Of a DNA stretch of 64,000 bases, positions 26,695 through 33,964 are shown one piece after another (position 1 is the stretch's first letter; each line of letters begins with the position of its first letter). The DNA is from a candidate division TM6 bacterium GW2011_GWF2_28_16 (GTDB lineage: Bacteria > Patescibacteriota > Microgenomatia > UBA1400 > PJMF01): NCBI GenBank assembly GCA_001029715.1, contig CP011212.1:67407-131406 (forward strand), written 5' to 3'. The notes beneath the pieces were generated by a model, which saw only the letters and a program-made list of their open reading frames with translations, was not told the origin of the DNA and made no database searches. The translations under genes were made by a program, and so were the position numbers.

Positions 26695-27693
26695 ATGAAA
26701 AAAACAACGGTTCAAGCAGGTAGTGATATCGCTTTTGTTAAGTATTGGGGCAAAAAGGATAAAATCCTACGTTTACCAAGCAATGGTAGTATTTCCATGA
26801 TTTTAGATTCTTTGCAGAGCAAAACTACTGTCGAGTTTTTGCCAAATTTAGCTAAGGATGAGATCATAATAGGTGGCGAAGTTGAAGAGGGAGAGGCTTC
26901 TCGTGCCATTAAACATTTGGACAGAATTAGAACTTTAGCCAAAGAAAAAGGATTGATAGATAAAGATATTTTTGCTAAAGTCGTTTCGGAGAATAATTTT
27001 CCCAAGAGCACTGGTCTTTCTAGCTCTGGTTCTGGTTTTGCTGCTTTGACCATGGCTGCCACTAAGGCTATTGGTTTAGATCTTTCAGAAAAAGAATTGT
27101 CTATTTTAGCCAGGCAAGGATCTGGCTCTGCCTGTCGCTGTGTTTGTGGTGGTTTTGTTGAGTGGTTAGATGGTGAAACTTCTGAAGAATCTTATGCACA
27201 AAGCTTTGCTAAGTCAGAAGATTTTGATATTAGAGATTTAGTGGCGATTGTTTCAGAAGATAAAAAGAATTTAAGCTCAAGTGATGGACATGATTTAGCA
27301 GAAAGCAGTTTGTTTTTTAAGGCTCGTCAAGAAAAAATTGATACCAAGTTAGCAGCTGTCAAAAGAGCAATTTTACAAAAAGACTTTGAAACCCTAGGTG
27401 AAATAGTAGAAGCCGAGGCTTTAGAGTTTCACTCAATTTTATTAACCAGTCAGCCAACTATCTTGTTGTTTTATCCGGGAACGATTGAGGTGATGCAGGC
27501 TGTTCGTCAATTGCGTAAGACTGGTGTGCCAGTTTATTTCACTATTAATACCGGCTTCAATGTCCACATTTTGACTTTACCTCAATATGAGAAACAGGTA
27601 GCTGCTGTTTTGCAAAATTTACCAAGTGTGCAGAAAATTATTATCTCAGGAGCAGGTAATCAGCCAGAATATTTAGAAAAACATTTGTTTTAA
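26695..27693 (+). CDS. mvaD: diphosphomevalonate decarboxylase
   Basis: Shows SDIAFVKYWGKKD, PKSTGLSSSGSGFAAL and GSGSACR. ATG 26695 (MKKTTVQAG..) is preferred; the 46-codon upstream extension in the ORF track has no homology-like content. Confidence 0.85.
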   Translation: MKKTTVQAGSDIAFVKYWGKKDKILRLPSNGSISMILDSLQSKTTVEFLPNLAKDEIIIGGEVEEGEASRAIKHLDRIRTLAKEKGLIDKDIFAKVVSENNFPKSTGLSSSGSGFAALTMAATKAIGLDLSEKELSILARQGSGSACRCVCGGFVEWLDGETSEESYAQSFAKSEDFDIRDLVAIVSEDKKNLSSSDGHDLAESSLFFKARQEKIDTKLAAVKRAILQKDFETLGEIVEAEALEFHSILLTSQPTILLFYPGTIEVMQAVRQLRKTGVPVYFTINTGFNVHILTLPQYEKQVAAVLQNLPSVQKIIISGAGNQPEYLEKHLF

Positions 27694-28109
27694 AAACTTG
27701 GTGTCGAACTGCGACTGGCTTCGTATTGCTTAACTACTTCTTGGCAGTAAATATATTTGCCATATTCAAAAGCTTTTTCAGAAATATTTTGCTCGCCATT
27801 TTCGTCAACTCTGACGGCCTCTTGGACAAATTCTTGAGCAACTCCACCAGCCTCTTTGGCTTTTTCTGTCAAAATCTTAATTTGTGAAACACCATTTTCA
27901 CCTAAATTTTTAAAGTCTTCTTGCTTGAAATCAATTTGATCAAATTCAATTTCTTTATCTTTTTGCCAGGGAAGAGTGATACTTTTTGGGAGGCCTTCTT
28001 CTATTTTGGAAAAAATTTCATTATTAAGCCAACCTTTGTTTTTGGCAAATTTATAGGCAAAAACAACTAGAGCTATGGCGATAATAATGGTAAACAATTT
28101 GCGAAGCAT
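27690..28109 (-). CDS. hypothetical N-terminally anchored protein
   Basis: 139 aa with an N-terminal TM (LFTIIIAIALVVFAY) and no recognisable family. Its start codon lies inside a 9-bp hairpin (28104-28129). Confidence 0.5.
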   Translation of the reverse strand: MLRKLFTIIIAIALVVFAYKFAKNKGWLNNEIFSKIEEGLPKSITLPWQKDKEIEFDQIDFKQEDFKNLGENGVSQIKILTEKAKEAGGVAQEFVQEAVRVDENGEQNISEKAFEYGKYIYCQEVVKQYEASRSSTPSF

Positions 28110-28187
28110 GCTTTTATTTTAGCATGCTTTAAGGAGCGGCTGTGCACCCTGCGGGTACTACCCAGGTTTGCTTTGCAAACTTGGCGG

Positions 28188-28261
28188 TGCGTGTGCTAGG
28201 ACTCGAACCTAGAACCGCCAAGGTATAAGCTTGGAGCTCTAACCAATTGAGCTACACACGC
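28188..28261 (-). tRNA. tRNA-Ile, anticodon UAU
   Basis: The minus-strand sequence folds into a clean 74-nt cloverleaf: acceptor GCGTGTG/CACACGC, D arm GCTC-AATTGGTTA-GAGC, anticodon stem CCAAG/CTTGG with loop C-T-TAT-A-C, variable CGGTT, T arm CTAGG-TTCGAGT-CCTAG, discriminator A. CCA is not encoded. Confidence 0.88.
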
Positions 28262-28303
28262 GTTGATTTGTGTCAGGGGTAGATTTTACTAAATTTATTG
28301 ACT

Positions 28304-29287
28304 TTATAGAAGTAGTAGCAAGAGTGCGCCAACGCCTAGGGCTCCAAGGCCAGCTTTAATGTAGTTCATCCAATCAGCTGGGCCACTTTCAGTAGGAACG
28401 TTGATTGGGCGCACGATGGTGGTTTCACCATTTGCTAATTTGCATTGACTATCTGTAGGATTGACGTCGAGGCGACATTGACCGCTGTAACAAATATGAC
28501 TAATGTTGCTACAGTCAGCATTGGCATTACAAGTTTCGTTGCAGCCAACAGTGGTAATAACGGTGGTAACAGATGGAGTTGGAGTGCTGGTAGCGGTCAC
28601 AGTAGTAGTTGGAGTTACGGTTGTAGTTACAGTAGTGGTTGGAGTAACAGTTGTAGTAACGGTTGGAGTAACAGTTACGGTTGCTTCACAACAAGTTGTG
28701 CTACTAGGATCGGCGACACATTCATCGAGATAATCTTCATCTGCACAGTATTTAACAATGTTTCCATCGCCATCAGTATCTGAAGTAGAAATACAAACAT
28801 AACCATCTTCGCAGTCATCGCTGTTGGTACAGTCTTTTTCACCACAAGAAAGCAAGTTTTCTTCTGGAGCGGTGCAACAAGAGTCAGTGTTTGGATCATC
28901 TATACAGGCTGTTTTATAATCTTCATCTGCACAATATTTATTGCCATTGTCGGCCTCAATACAAATTAAATTACTGCTACAGTCATCGTCACTTTCGCAA
29001 CCACTCAAACCACAGGTAATTTTATCTGGTTCTGTAACTGTAAATTCAAGAGTACAAGTTTGAGTTTTTTCAATATAAGCAGCTGGCTGAGATTGAGGGG
29101 CAGTTGGGGCGACTGGAGTAGTGTCTTGTTTTTGCGTAATTAAGAAAACACTAACTGCGCCACCAACAAAAATTAGTAGACCCAGCAACATAGCGATCAC
29201 TTTAAAATCGCCTTTTTTCTTCAGAGCAGTTTGTCCTTGCTTTGATTTTACGTAGGTCGCTGGTGTTTCAATTTGTTCTATGTTCAT
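28304..29287 (-). CDS. Cys-rich surface protein with N-terminal signal anchor, T/V/P repeat stalk and C-terminal hydrophobic anchor
   Basis: The TM is FKVIAMLLGLLIFVGGAVSVFLI. Two roughly 50-aa modules (CG..(G/D)C..(D/S)DDC.....C......YCADEDY...C..DP.....CC) are followed by (TVTPTTTV)n, a third degenerate module, and the terminal GLGALGVGALLLLLL. Confidence 0.7.
   Translation of the reverse strand: MNIEQIETPATYVKSKQGQTALKKKGDFKVIAMLLGLLIFVGGAVSVFLITQKQDTTPVAPTAPQSQPAAYIEKTQTCTLEFTVTEPDKITCGLSGCESDDDCSSNLICIEADNGNKYCADEDYKTACIDDPNTDSCCTAPEENLLSCGEKDCTNSDDCEDGYVCISTSDTDGDGNIVKYCADEDYLDECVADPSSTTCCEATVTVTPTVTTTVTPTTTVTTTVTPTTTVTATSTPTPSVTTVITTVGCNETCNANADCSNISHICYSGQCRLDVNPTDSQCKLANGETTIVRPINVPTESGPADWMNYIKAGLGALGVGALLLLLL
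28590..28684. repeat. imperfect ~24-nt tandem repeat inside the CDS, encoding (TVTPTTTV)n
   Basis: Repeating units such as ggttggagtaacagttgtagtaac are visible on the plus strand. The wider T/V/P-coding tract spans about 28549-28686. Confidence 0.7.
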
Positions 29288-29291
29288 TATT

Positions 29292-30683
29292 TTAATTCAC
29301 ATTATCTATCATTGTGCTTGGTGAATTATCCACCATTTCCCAAACTTGGCATTCCGTTCCCCAGCAAATACGACCCTGGACAACGTAATCTCCAAAGCTT
29401 GAAATGGTGTAGGAATCAGATACATTTTTAGCAATTGCGCCACTAGTGTCAGTTAGATCTATCCAAGAGCTCATGCCTGGAGCCCAGATTCTAAATTCAT
29501 AATTAAAGTCAACTCCTTGGTTGCCGACAGCAGTGCAACGGAAGCGCACCTCATCTCCGTCCTTGAGACTATCATCATCGTTTGCTTCCATAGTATTGTT
29601 ATTAGCATCTAGCATATCTATGCTGGCACAAACTGGCATAGCCTGGCTTTCACAACAATTGGCAGTGCTTGGATCAGCTGCGCAAAACAATTGATTTTCT
29701 CCTTTGGCACAAATACCAGTCGATTGAGAGTCGACTGTTACTGTTTGACAAGTAAGACCATTTTGACAGTCAGAATTTTGAGTACAACCAATCACTCCGC
29801 AGGCTAAAAGTTCTGGAGGTGTAGTAGGAGTTGGAGTAGGTGTTCTATTTGGAGGATTAGTTGGAGTAGGGGTTGGTGTGGCGCAATCTGAACAATCAGC
29901 TCCAGCATCACCGCATAAAGCATCACAACTTGAGGCACTGCCTATCACCCACCAGCCAGCGCTACATTGGCAACGCATTAAGCCAGATTCTTCACAGTTT
30001 TCGATTACTGAAGTATTTGGATTGTCGCACCAATCTCCGCCCATGGATTGTTCTGTGCACGGATCTTGATCGGTAACGTAACCGCACATGGTATCGCCAT
30101 TGGCGATTATTCTACAGGTAGTACTAACACATGGTCCACCAGCTACGAGTCTATGCAGATTTGGACCGCAGGCCGCCACAGTTGTGGTTGGAGTAACGGT
30201 CGAACCACCCGTGGGTGTACAGGCACCATCAATTACACGATAGCCAGTAATACATCTTCCACTAGTACCATTACAATATGGATCTCCTTCCATACACATC
30301 TCACTGGCTTGTTGGCGGTTGTCTTGATTTTGTCTGCTAAGTATATAACTAGAAAAAACCCCAACTACCAAGAAAAAAACTATAAGTAAGCCAGCCAATT
30401 TATTATTTGATTTCTTTTTCACTTGAAAAGATGGTTTTTGATCAGTTGAAAGTGGATTTTGAATAGAAACAGTTTCAGCACCTGACTTAACTGCCTCTTT
30501 GAGAGGTTCATTATCTGTAATTGTATTACCGCGATATTCTGGTATTTCTGGTTCTTTAGCAAGATCATTCCAAGGGGAATCAATTTTTTCTGGTTCTTTA
30601 ACAAAGTTATCGGAAGAATCCTCTGCCTTGTCTATCTGGCTTTTTTTATATTTAGCTGGTATAAAATCTCTAGGATTATTCAT
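29292..30683 (-). CDS. Cys-rich surface protein (signal anchor, PT-linker, shared Cys module, C-terminal beta-rich domain)
   Basis: About 95 aa of cytoplasmic N-terminus precede the TM LAGLLIVFFLVVGVFSSYIL. Then come a Cys-rich region, a PTPTPTPTNPPNRTPTPTPTTPP linker, and the module CGVIGCTQNSDCQNGLTC...FCAADPSTANCC shared with the neighbouring gene. Confidence 0.7.
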   Translation of the reverse strand: MNNPRDFIPAKYKKSQIDKAEDSSDNFVKEPEKIDSPWNDLAKEPEIPEYRGNTITDNEPLKEAVKSGAETVSIQNPLSTDQKPSFQVKKKSNNKLAGLLIVFFLVVGVFSSYILSRQNQDNRQQASEMCMEGDPYCNGTSGRCITGYRVIDGACTPTGGSTVTPTTTVAACGPNLHRLVAGGPCVSTTCRIIANGDTMCGYVTDQDPCTEQSMGGDWCDNPNTSVIENCEESGLMRCQCSAGWWVIGSASSCDALCGDAGADCSDCATPTPTPTNPPNRTPTPTPTTPPELLACGVIGCTQNSDCQNGLTCQTVTVDSQSTGICAKGENQLFCAADPSTANCCESQAMPVCASIDMLDANNNTMEANDDDSLKDGDEVRFRCTAVGNQGVDFNYEFRIWAPGMSSWIDLTDTSGAIAKNVSDSYTISSFGDYVVQGRICWGTECQVWEMVDNSPSTMIDNVN

Positions 30684-30787
30684 TATTAGACAAAGAAAAT
30701 ACTTCTTCTTTTAAGAATAACCTATTTATAATTGTCTTTGCAAGAGGATATTAGTGTGTTATCTTGCGATTTTAGAGATCATCAACA

Positions 30788-31588
30788 ATGAAATTTTTAA
30801 AATTAAATACAAAACAAAGATATTGGCTAGATTTTATTCTTGTGATGACGCAAAAGGAGATAAAGGCAAGGTATAAGAGAACTTTTTTAGGTCTTTTGTG
30901 GGTAATTTTTAATCCATTCTTGCAGATGCTAATAATTGGTTTGATTTTTCAATTTTTTGTTCCTATGCAAATTGAGAATTATTTTCTTTATCTTTTTGCT
31001 GGTCTTTTACCTTGGAATTTCTTTTCAATGGCGCTTTTGCGCGCGACACCTCTTTTAGTGCAGGAAAGATCTTTGATTCAAAAAGCTGCTTTTCCTAGAG
31101 AATTAATGGTTGTGGCAGTGGTCATGGCAAATTTATTTCATACTTTAGTGGCTAGTTCAGTATTTTTGCTATTTTTAGCTTTTCTAAAGACGAGTTTTTT
31201 TGCTGGTGTCCTATTTTTTATATCTAGCTTTTTCTTAATCTTTTTAATACTTATCTTTTTATTATTTTTTACTTTGGCGACTTGTTTAGTTATTTCTGCA
31301 TTATATGTAAAGATAAGAGATTTAATTTTCATTATCCAACTTTCAATTCAATTGCTATTTTATGCTGTGCCAGTTATCTATAGTCTAGAGATGTTACCGG
31401 AATTTTTTAGAAATCTACTTTATCTAAATCCATTGGTTAGCTATATTGAGGTTTTTAGAGCGGCTGCTTTAAATAGTGTTTTCAATTATAAAATGGCAAT
31501 TTATGCCGGTCTTTTTTCCATTTTTTTTCTATTTTTTGCTCTGCAATTTTTTCGAAAAGAAAGCAAAAATTTTGATGATTGGTTTTAA
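30788..31588 (+). CDS. ABC-2 type transporter permease (Wzm/TagG-like)
   Basis: 266 aa with six TM helices. The N-terminal cytoplasmic helix EIKARYKRTFLGLLWVIFNP is typical of ABC-2 polysaccharide/teichoic-acid exporters. Confidence 0.82.
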   Translation: MKFLKLNTKQRYWLDFILVMTQKEIKARYKRTFLGLLWVIFNPFLQMLIIGLIFQFFVPMQIENYFLYLFAGLLPWNFFSMALLRATPLLVQERSLIQKAAFPRELMVVAVVMANLFHTLVASSVFLLFLAFLKTSFFAGVLFFISSFFLIFLILIFLLFFTLATCLVISALYVKIRDLIFIIQLSIQLLFYAVPVIYSLEMLPEFFRNLLYLNPLVSYIEVFRAAALNSVFNYKMAIYAGLFSIFFLFFALQFFRKESKNFDDWF

Positions 31589-31596
31589 ATTTTAAA

Positions 31597-32649
31597 ATGA
31601 AAAACAGTAAAAATAAAAAAATAGCTATAAATATAGAAAACGCTAGTAAACGCTATTTCTTGCGATCTGCAAAAGCTAAGAAAAAAGAAACTTTTTTTGC
31701 CTTAAAAGATATAAATATAAAAATATTTAAGGGAGAAAAAGTAGCTATTCTTGGTGACAATGGGGCTGGCAAGACTACTTTGCTCAAAGTAATGACTGGA
31801 ATAGCAGAACCAACTTGTGGGAAAGTGAATAGTATTGGTAAGCTTGTTTCCTTAATTGATATCACGGCTGGTTTTCATCCTGAGTTTTCAGGTCGTGAAA
31901 ATATTTATTTCAATGGCATTCTTTTAGGAATGAATCTTTCTTCAATTAAAAAATTAGAGCAAGAAATAATTAATTTTTCAGGTATAGAAAAATTTATAGA
32001 TCAAGCTCTTTATACCTATTCTTCAGGTATGGTTTTGCGGCTTGGTTTTTCTATTGCTATTCACAGCGATCCAGATATTTTAATTTTGGATGAGGAGGTG
32101 GTGGTGGGAGATCAGGATTTTCAGAAAAAGGCCTATGATGAAATTGAGAAGATTTTTGCTGAAGGTAAAACCATTGTTGTTTGTAGTCATGTTTTACCTT
32201 TACTGAGTAGACTTTGTGAGCGCTTCATCTGGCTAGATAAAGGCAAAGTAAAAATGGATGGAGGTAAAGAGGTTGTTATTGAATATAAAAAGAATCGAAG
32301 TAAATTGGATATAGAAAAAATTGGCAAGATTAAAAATGAAAAAAAATTTTTTCAATTTCTGCAATCTTTGCCAATCGGAGAGAGGTTTATTGTAGAAGCA
32401 GTCAGTGGCAGTATGGAGCCACTTATCTTAAAGGGCGATGAGGTAAGAGTTGAAAGGTGTTCACTTAAAAATATAAGAGTTGGCAACATAATTGCTTATT
32501 GGAGCGATGAATTTAAAAATATCATTGTTCATAGAATTTATAAGAAAAGCTCTAAGGGGATTTTCTTGACTAGAGGAGATAGTAACTATATTGTAGATGA
32601 GATGCCAGTCACAGAAGATATTTTTTTAGGTAAAGTTATTAATTTTTAA
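31597..32649 (+). CDS. ABC transporter ATP-binding protein (Wzt/TagH-like) fused to a C-terminal S24/S26-superfamily (SipW/Sec11-type) peptidase domain
   Basis: The NBD shows Walker A GDNGAGKTTL, TagH-like AGFHPEFSGRENIY, signature YSSGM and Walker B ILILDE. The C-terminal roughly 95 aa show SGSMEPLILKGDEV, IIVHRIY and TRGDSNYIVDE. No hydrophobic segment lies between the domains. ATG 31597 is preferred over 31579. Confidence 0.8.
   Translation: MKNSKNKKIAINIENASKRYFLRSAKAKKKETFFALKDINIKIFKGEKVAILGDNGAGKTTLLKVMTGIAEPTCGKVNSIGKLVSLIDITAGFHPEFSGRENIYFNGILLGMNLSSIKKLEQEIINFSGIEKFIDQALYTYSSGMVLRLGFSIAIHSDPDILILDEEVVVGDQDFQKKAYDEIEKIFAEGKTIVVCSHVLPLLSRLCERFIWLDKGKVKMDGGKEVVIEYKKNRSKLDIEKIGKIKNEKKFFQFLQSLPIGERFIVEAVSGSMEPLILKGDEVRVERCSLKNIRVGNIIAYWSDEFKNIIVHRIYKKSSKGIFLTRGDSNYIVDEMPVTEDIFLGKVINF
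32350..32646 (+). other. peptidase-like domain of the ABC ATPase (candidate Ser at nt 32410-32412 in SGSMEP, candidate His at 32530-32532 in VHRI)
   Basis: The box order SGSMEP - GD - VHR - GDSN..D matches the conserved boxes B, C, D and E of ER/archaeal-type signal peptidases (S26B). Confidence 0.6.
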
Positions 32650-32934
32650 ATGAGGATAAATATGAAAATATTATATATTCGAGACAATGATCTTTATTTT
32701 AAGGAGGAAGACGGCAAAATATTGGTTTTAAAAAAGAACAAAAAAGAAATTGTGGAATTAAATGAGGTTGGCTCTTTGATTTGGAAAGCTTTGAAGACGA
32801 AGAAGTCTATTGATGCTTTGGTGAAAAAAATAAATTCAGCTTTTGAGGGGGCAGATTCTAAGGAGGTAAAAAAAGATGTTGAGGAGTTTATTCTCAAGTG
32901 TTTAAAAGATTCAATAATAGAAAAAATAAATTAG
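32650..32934 (+). CDS. PqqD-family protein (RiPP recognition element-like)
   Basis: 94 aa with the pattern ..DGKILVLKKNKKEIVELNEVGSLIWKAL..KKSIDALVKKINSAFE....EVKKDVEEFILKCLKDSII. This is the typical PqqD/RRE layout of a beta-strand region followed by a winged helix. Its start abuts the upstream stop. Confidence 0.75.
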   Translation: MRINMKILYIRDNDLYFKEEDGKILVLKKNKKEIVELNEVGSLIWKALKTKKSIDALVKKINSAFEGADSKEVKKDVEEFILKCLKDSIIEKIN

Positions 32935-32938
32935 AGTT

Positions 32939-33922
32939 ATGAAAAAAATTAGCAGACAAGAGTTTGATTATTTAATTAAAAAAAGAAAGCTTGAAGATCC
33001 AAAGAAAATTAAAGCTTTTGAAAAAATACTAAAAGATGAGCGCGGTTATGTTTTCAAAATGCCTAAAAGAGGTTCGAATGTTATTTTAATGGCTTCTGGT
33101 GGACTTGATTCAATGGTTGTTTGGGGAATTTTAATGAAAGAATATGGCTTGAATGTTTATCCGATTACTTTTGACAGAGGTGAAAAAAAAAGAAACAGGG
33201 AATTTGCTGCTTTTAAATATTTTGATAAATTTTATCAGAAAAAATTTCCTAAAAATTATAGAAAATTTTTAGATTTAGACGTAGGACAAGATCAGATTTC
33301 AATAAAAATTGAAGACGGTGTCAAAGATCTACGAGAAGAAACATTATTAAATAATTTTAGAGATGACTTAATGTTTTTTAACCCCTCTTTAGGTGTTTTT
33401 ACTATCTTGCCACTTTTTGCACGTAGTTATGCCATGTATCTAAATGCAATTAAAGGTCTAAAAATTAATACTATTTTTTGTGCCGTCACAGCCAATGATG
33501 GGGAATTAATTGCTCATCAAACCTTAACTTCATTGAGGTCTATTATGTGCAACATGTGTGTTTCAATCAAAGATTATTCTTGGCAGTTTTTGTCAATTTG
33601 TTTAGAGCCAGAAATTAATTCTTTTATAAAGAAATCAGATCTTGTTAAGTGGGGAGAAGATAATAGTTTACCACTAGAAAAATCTTGGAGTTGTTACCAT
33701 GCGAAAAAGTATCAATGTGGTGGAGATAACTGTATTGCTTGTGAAGCGAGAAGAAAAGCATATTTAGAGGCAAAAATAGAAGATAGAACTATTTATAAAA
33801 GCCTTGCAGATCAGGAGATCCTAATTAAAAAAGCGAAAAAAACTTTAAGAAAGTATCTTTCTAGAACAAAAAAGAACTTAATAAACACAGTTAAACGTTT
33901 TTTTGAAGATACGATAAGATAG
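32939..33922 (+). CDS. QueC-like PP-loop ATP pyrophosphatase (divergent, with ~45-aa N-terminal extension)
   Basis: The PP-loop is VILMASGGLDSMVVW, followed by ITFDRGEK (QueC: FDYGQR). The C-terminal four-Cys cluster SCYHAKKYQCGGDNCIACEARR sits at the position of the QueC zinc site. Confidence 0.7.
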   Translation: MKKISRQEFDYLIKKRKLEDPKKIKAFEKILKDERGYVFKMPKRGSNVILMASGGLDSMVVWGILMKEYGLNVYPITFDRGEKKRNREFAAFKYFDKFYQKKFPKNYRKFLDLDVGQDQISIKIEDGVKDLREETLLNNFRDDLMFFNPSLGVFTILPLFARSYAMYLNAIKGLKINTIFCAVTANDGELIAHQTLTSLRSIMCNMCVSIKDYSWQFLSICLEPEINSFIKKSDLVKWGEDNSLPLEKSWSCYHAKKYQCGGDNCIACEARRKAYLEAKIEDRTIYKSLADQEILIKKAKKTLRKYLSRTKKNLINTVKRFFEDTIR

Positions 33923-33964
33923 AACTATCAAGGGGAAATCTAAGAATGCTGTTTAGAACTAAAT

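Noticed and set aside
28549-28686. Periodic ~24-nt repeats considered as a CRISPR-like or satellite array
   Set aside because: The repeats are contiguous with no spacers, are imperfect, and lie in frame within a CDS encoding a Thr/Val/Pro stalk. No cas genes are present anywhere in the window.
28445-28899. ORF-track entries 28445-28783 (+), 28503-28733 (+) and 28675-28899 (-), which lie inside the Cys-rich gene
   Set aside because: These are shadow or alternate-frame ORFs generated by the repetitive T/V/P-coding tract. Their products are low-complexity (GV/TV/SW runs). The minus-strand 327-aa frame has a coherent signal anchor, repeated Cys modules and a C-terminal anchor.
28188-30683. tRNA-adjacent genomic island or prophage remnant carrying the Cys-rich genes
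   Set aside because: I found no integrase, transposase or phage genes. By eye I saw no duplicated fragment of the tRNA 3' end that would mark an att site.
32350-32646. Reading the C-terminal domain of the ABC ATPase as the usual Wzt carbohydrate-binding module
   Set aside because: The ordered SGSMEP / GD / VHR / GDSNxxxD boxes are specific to S26B-type peptidases, so the peptidase reading is preferred. A non-catalytic binding role cannot be excluded without structure or alignment, and this caveat is stated in the finding.
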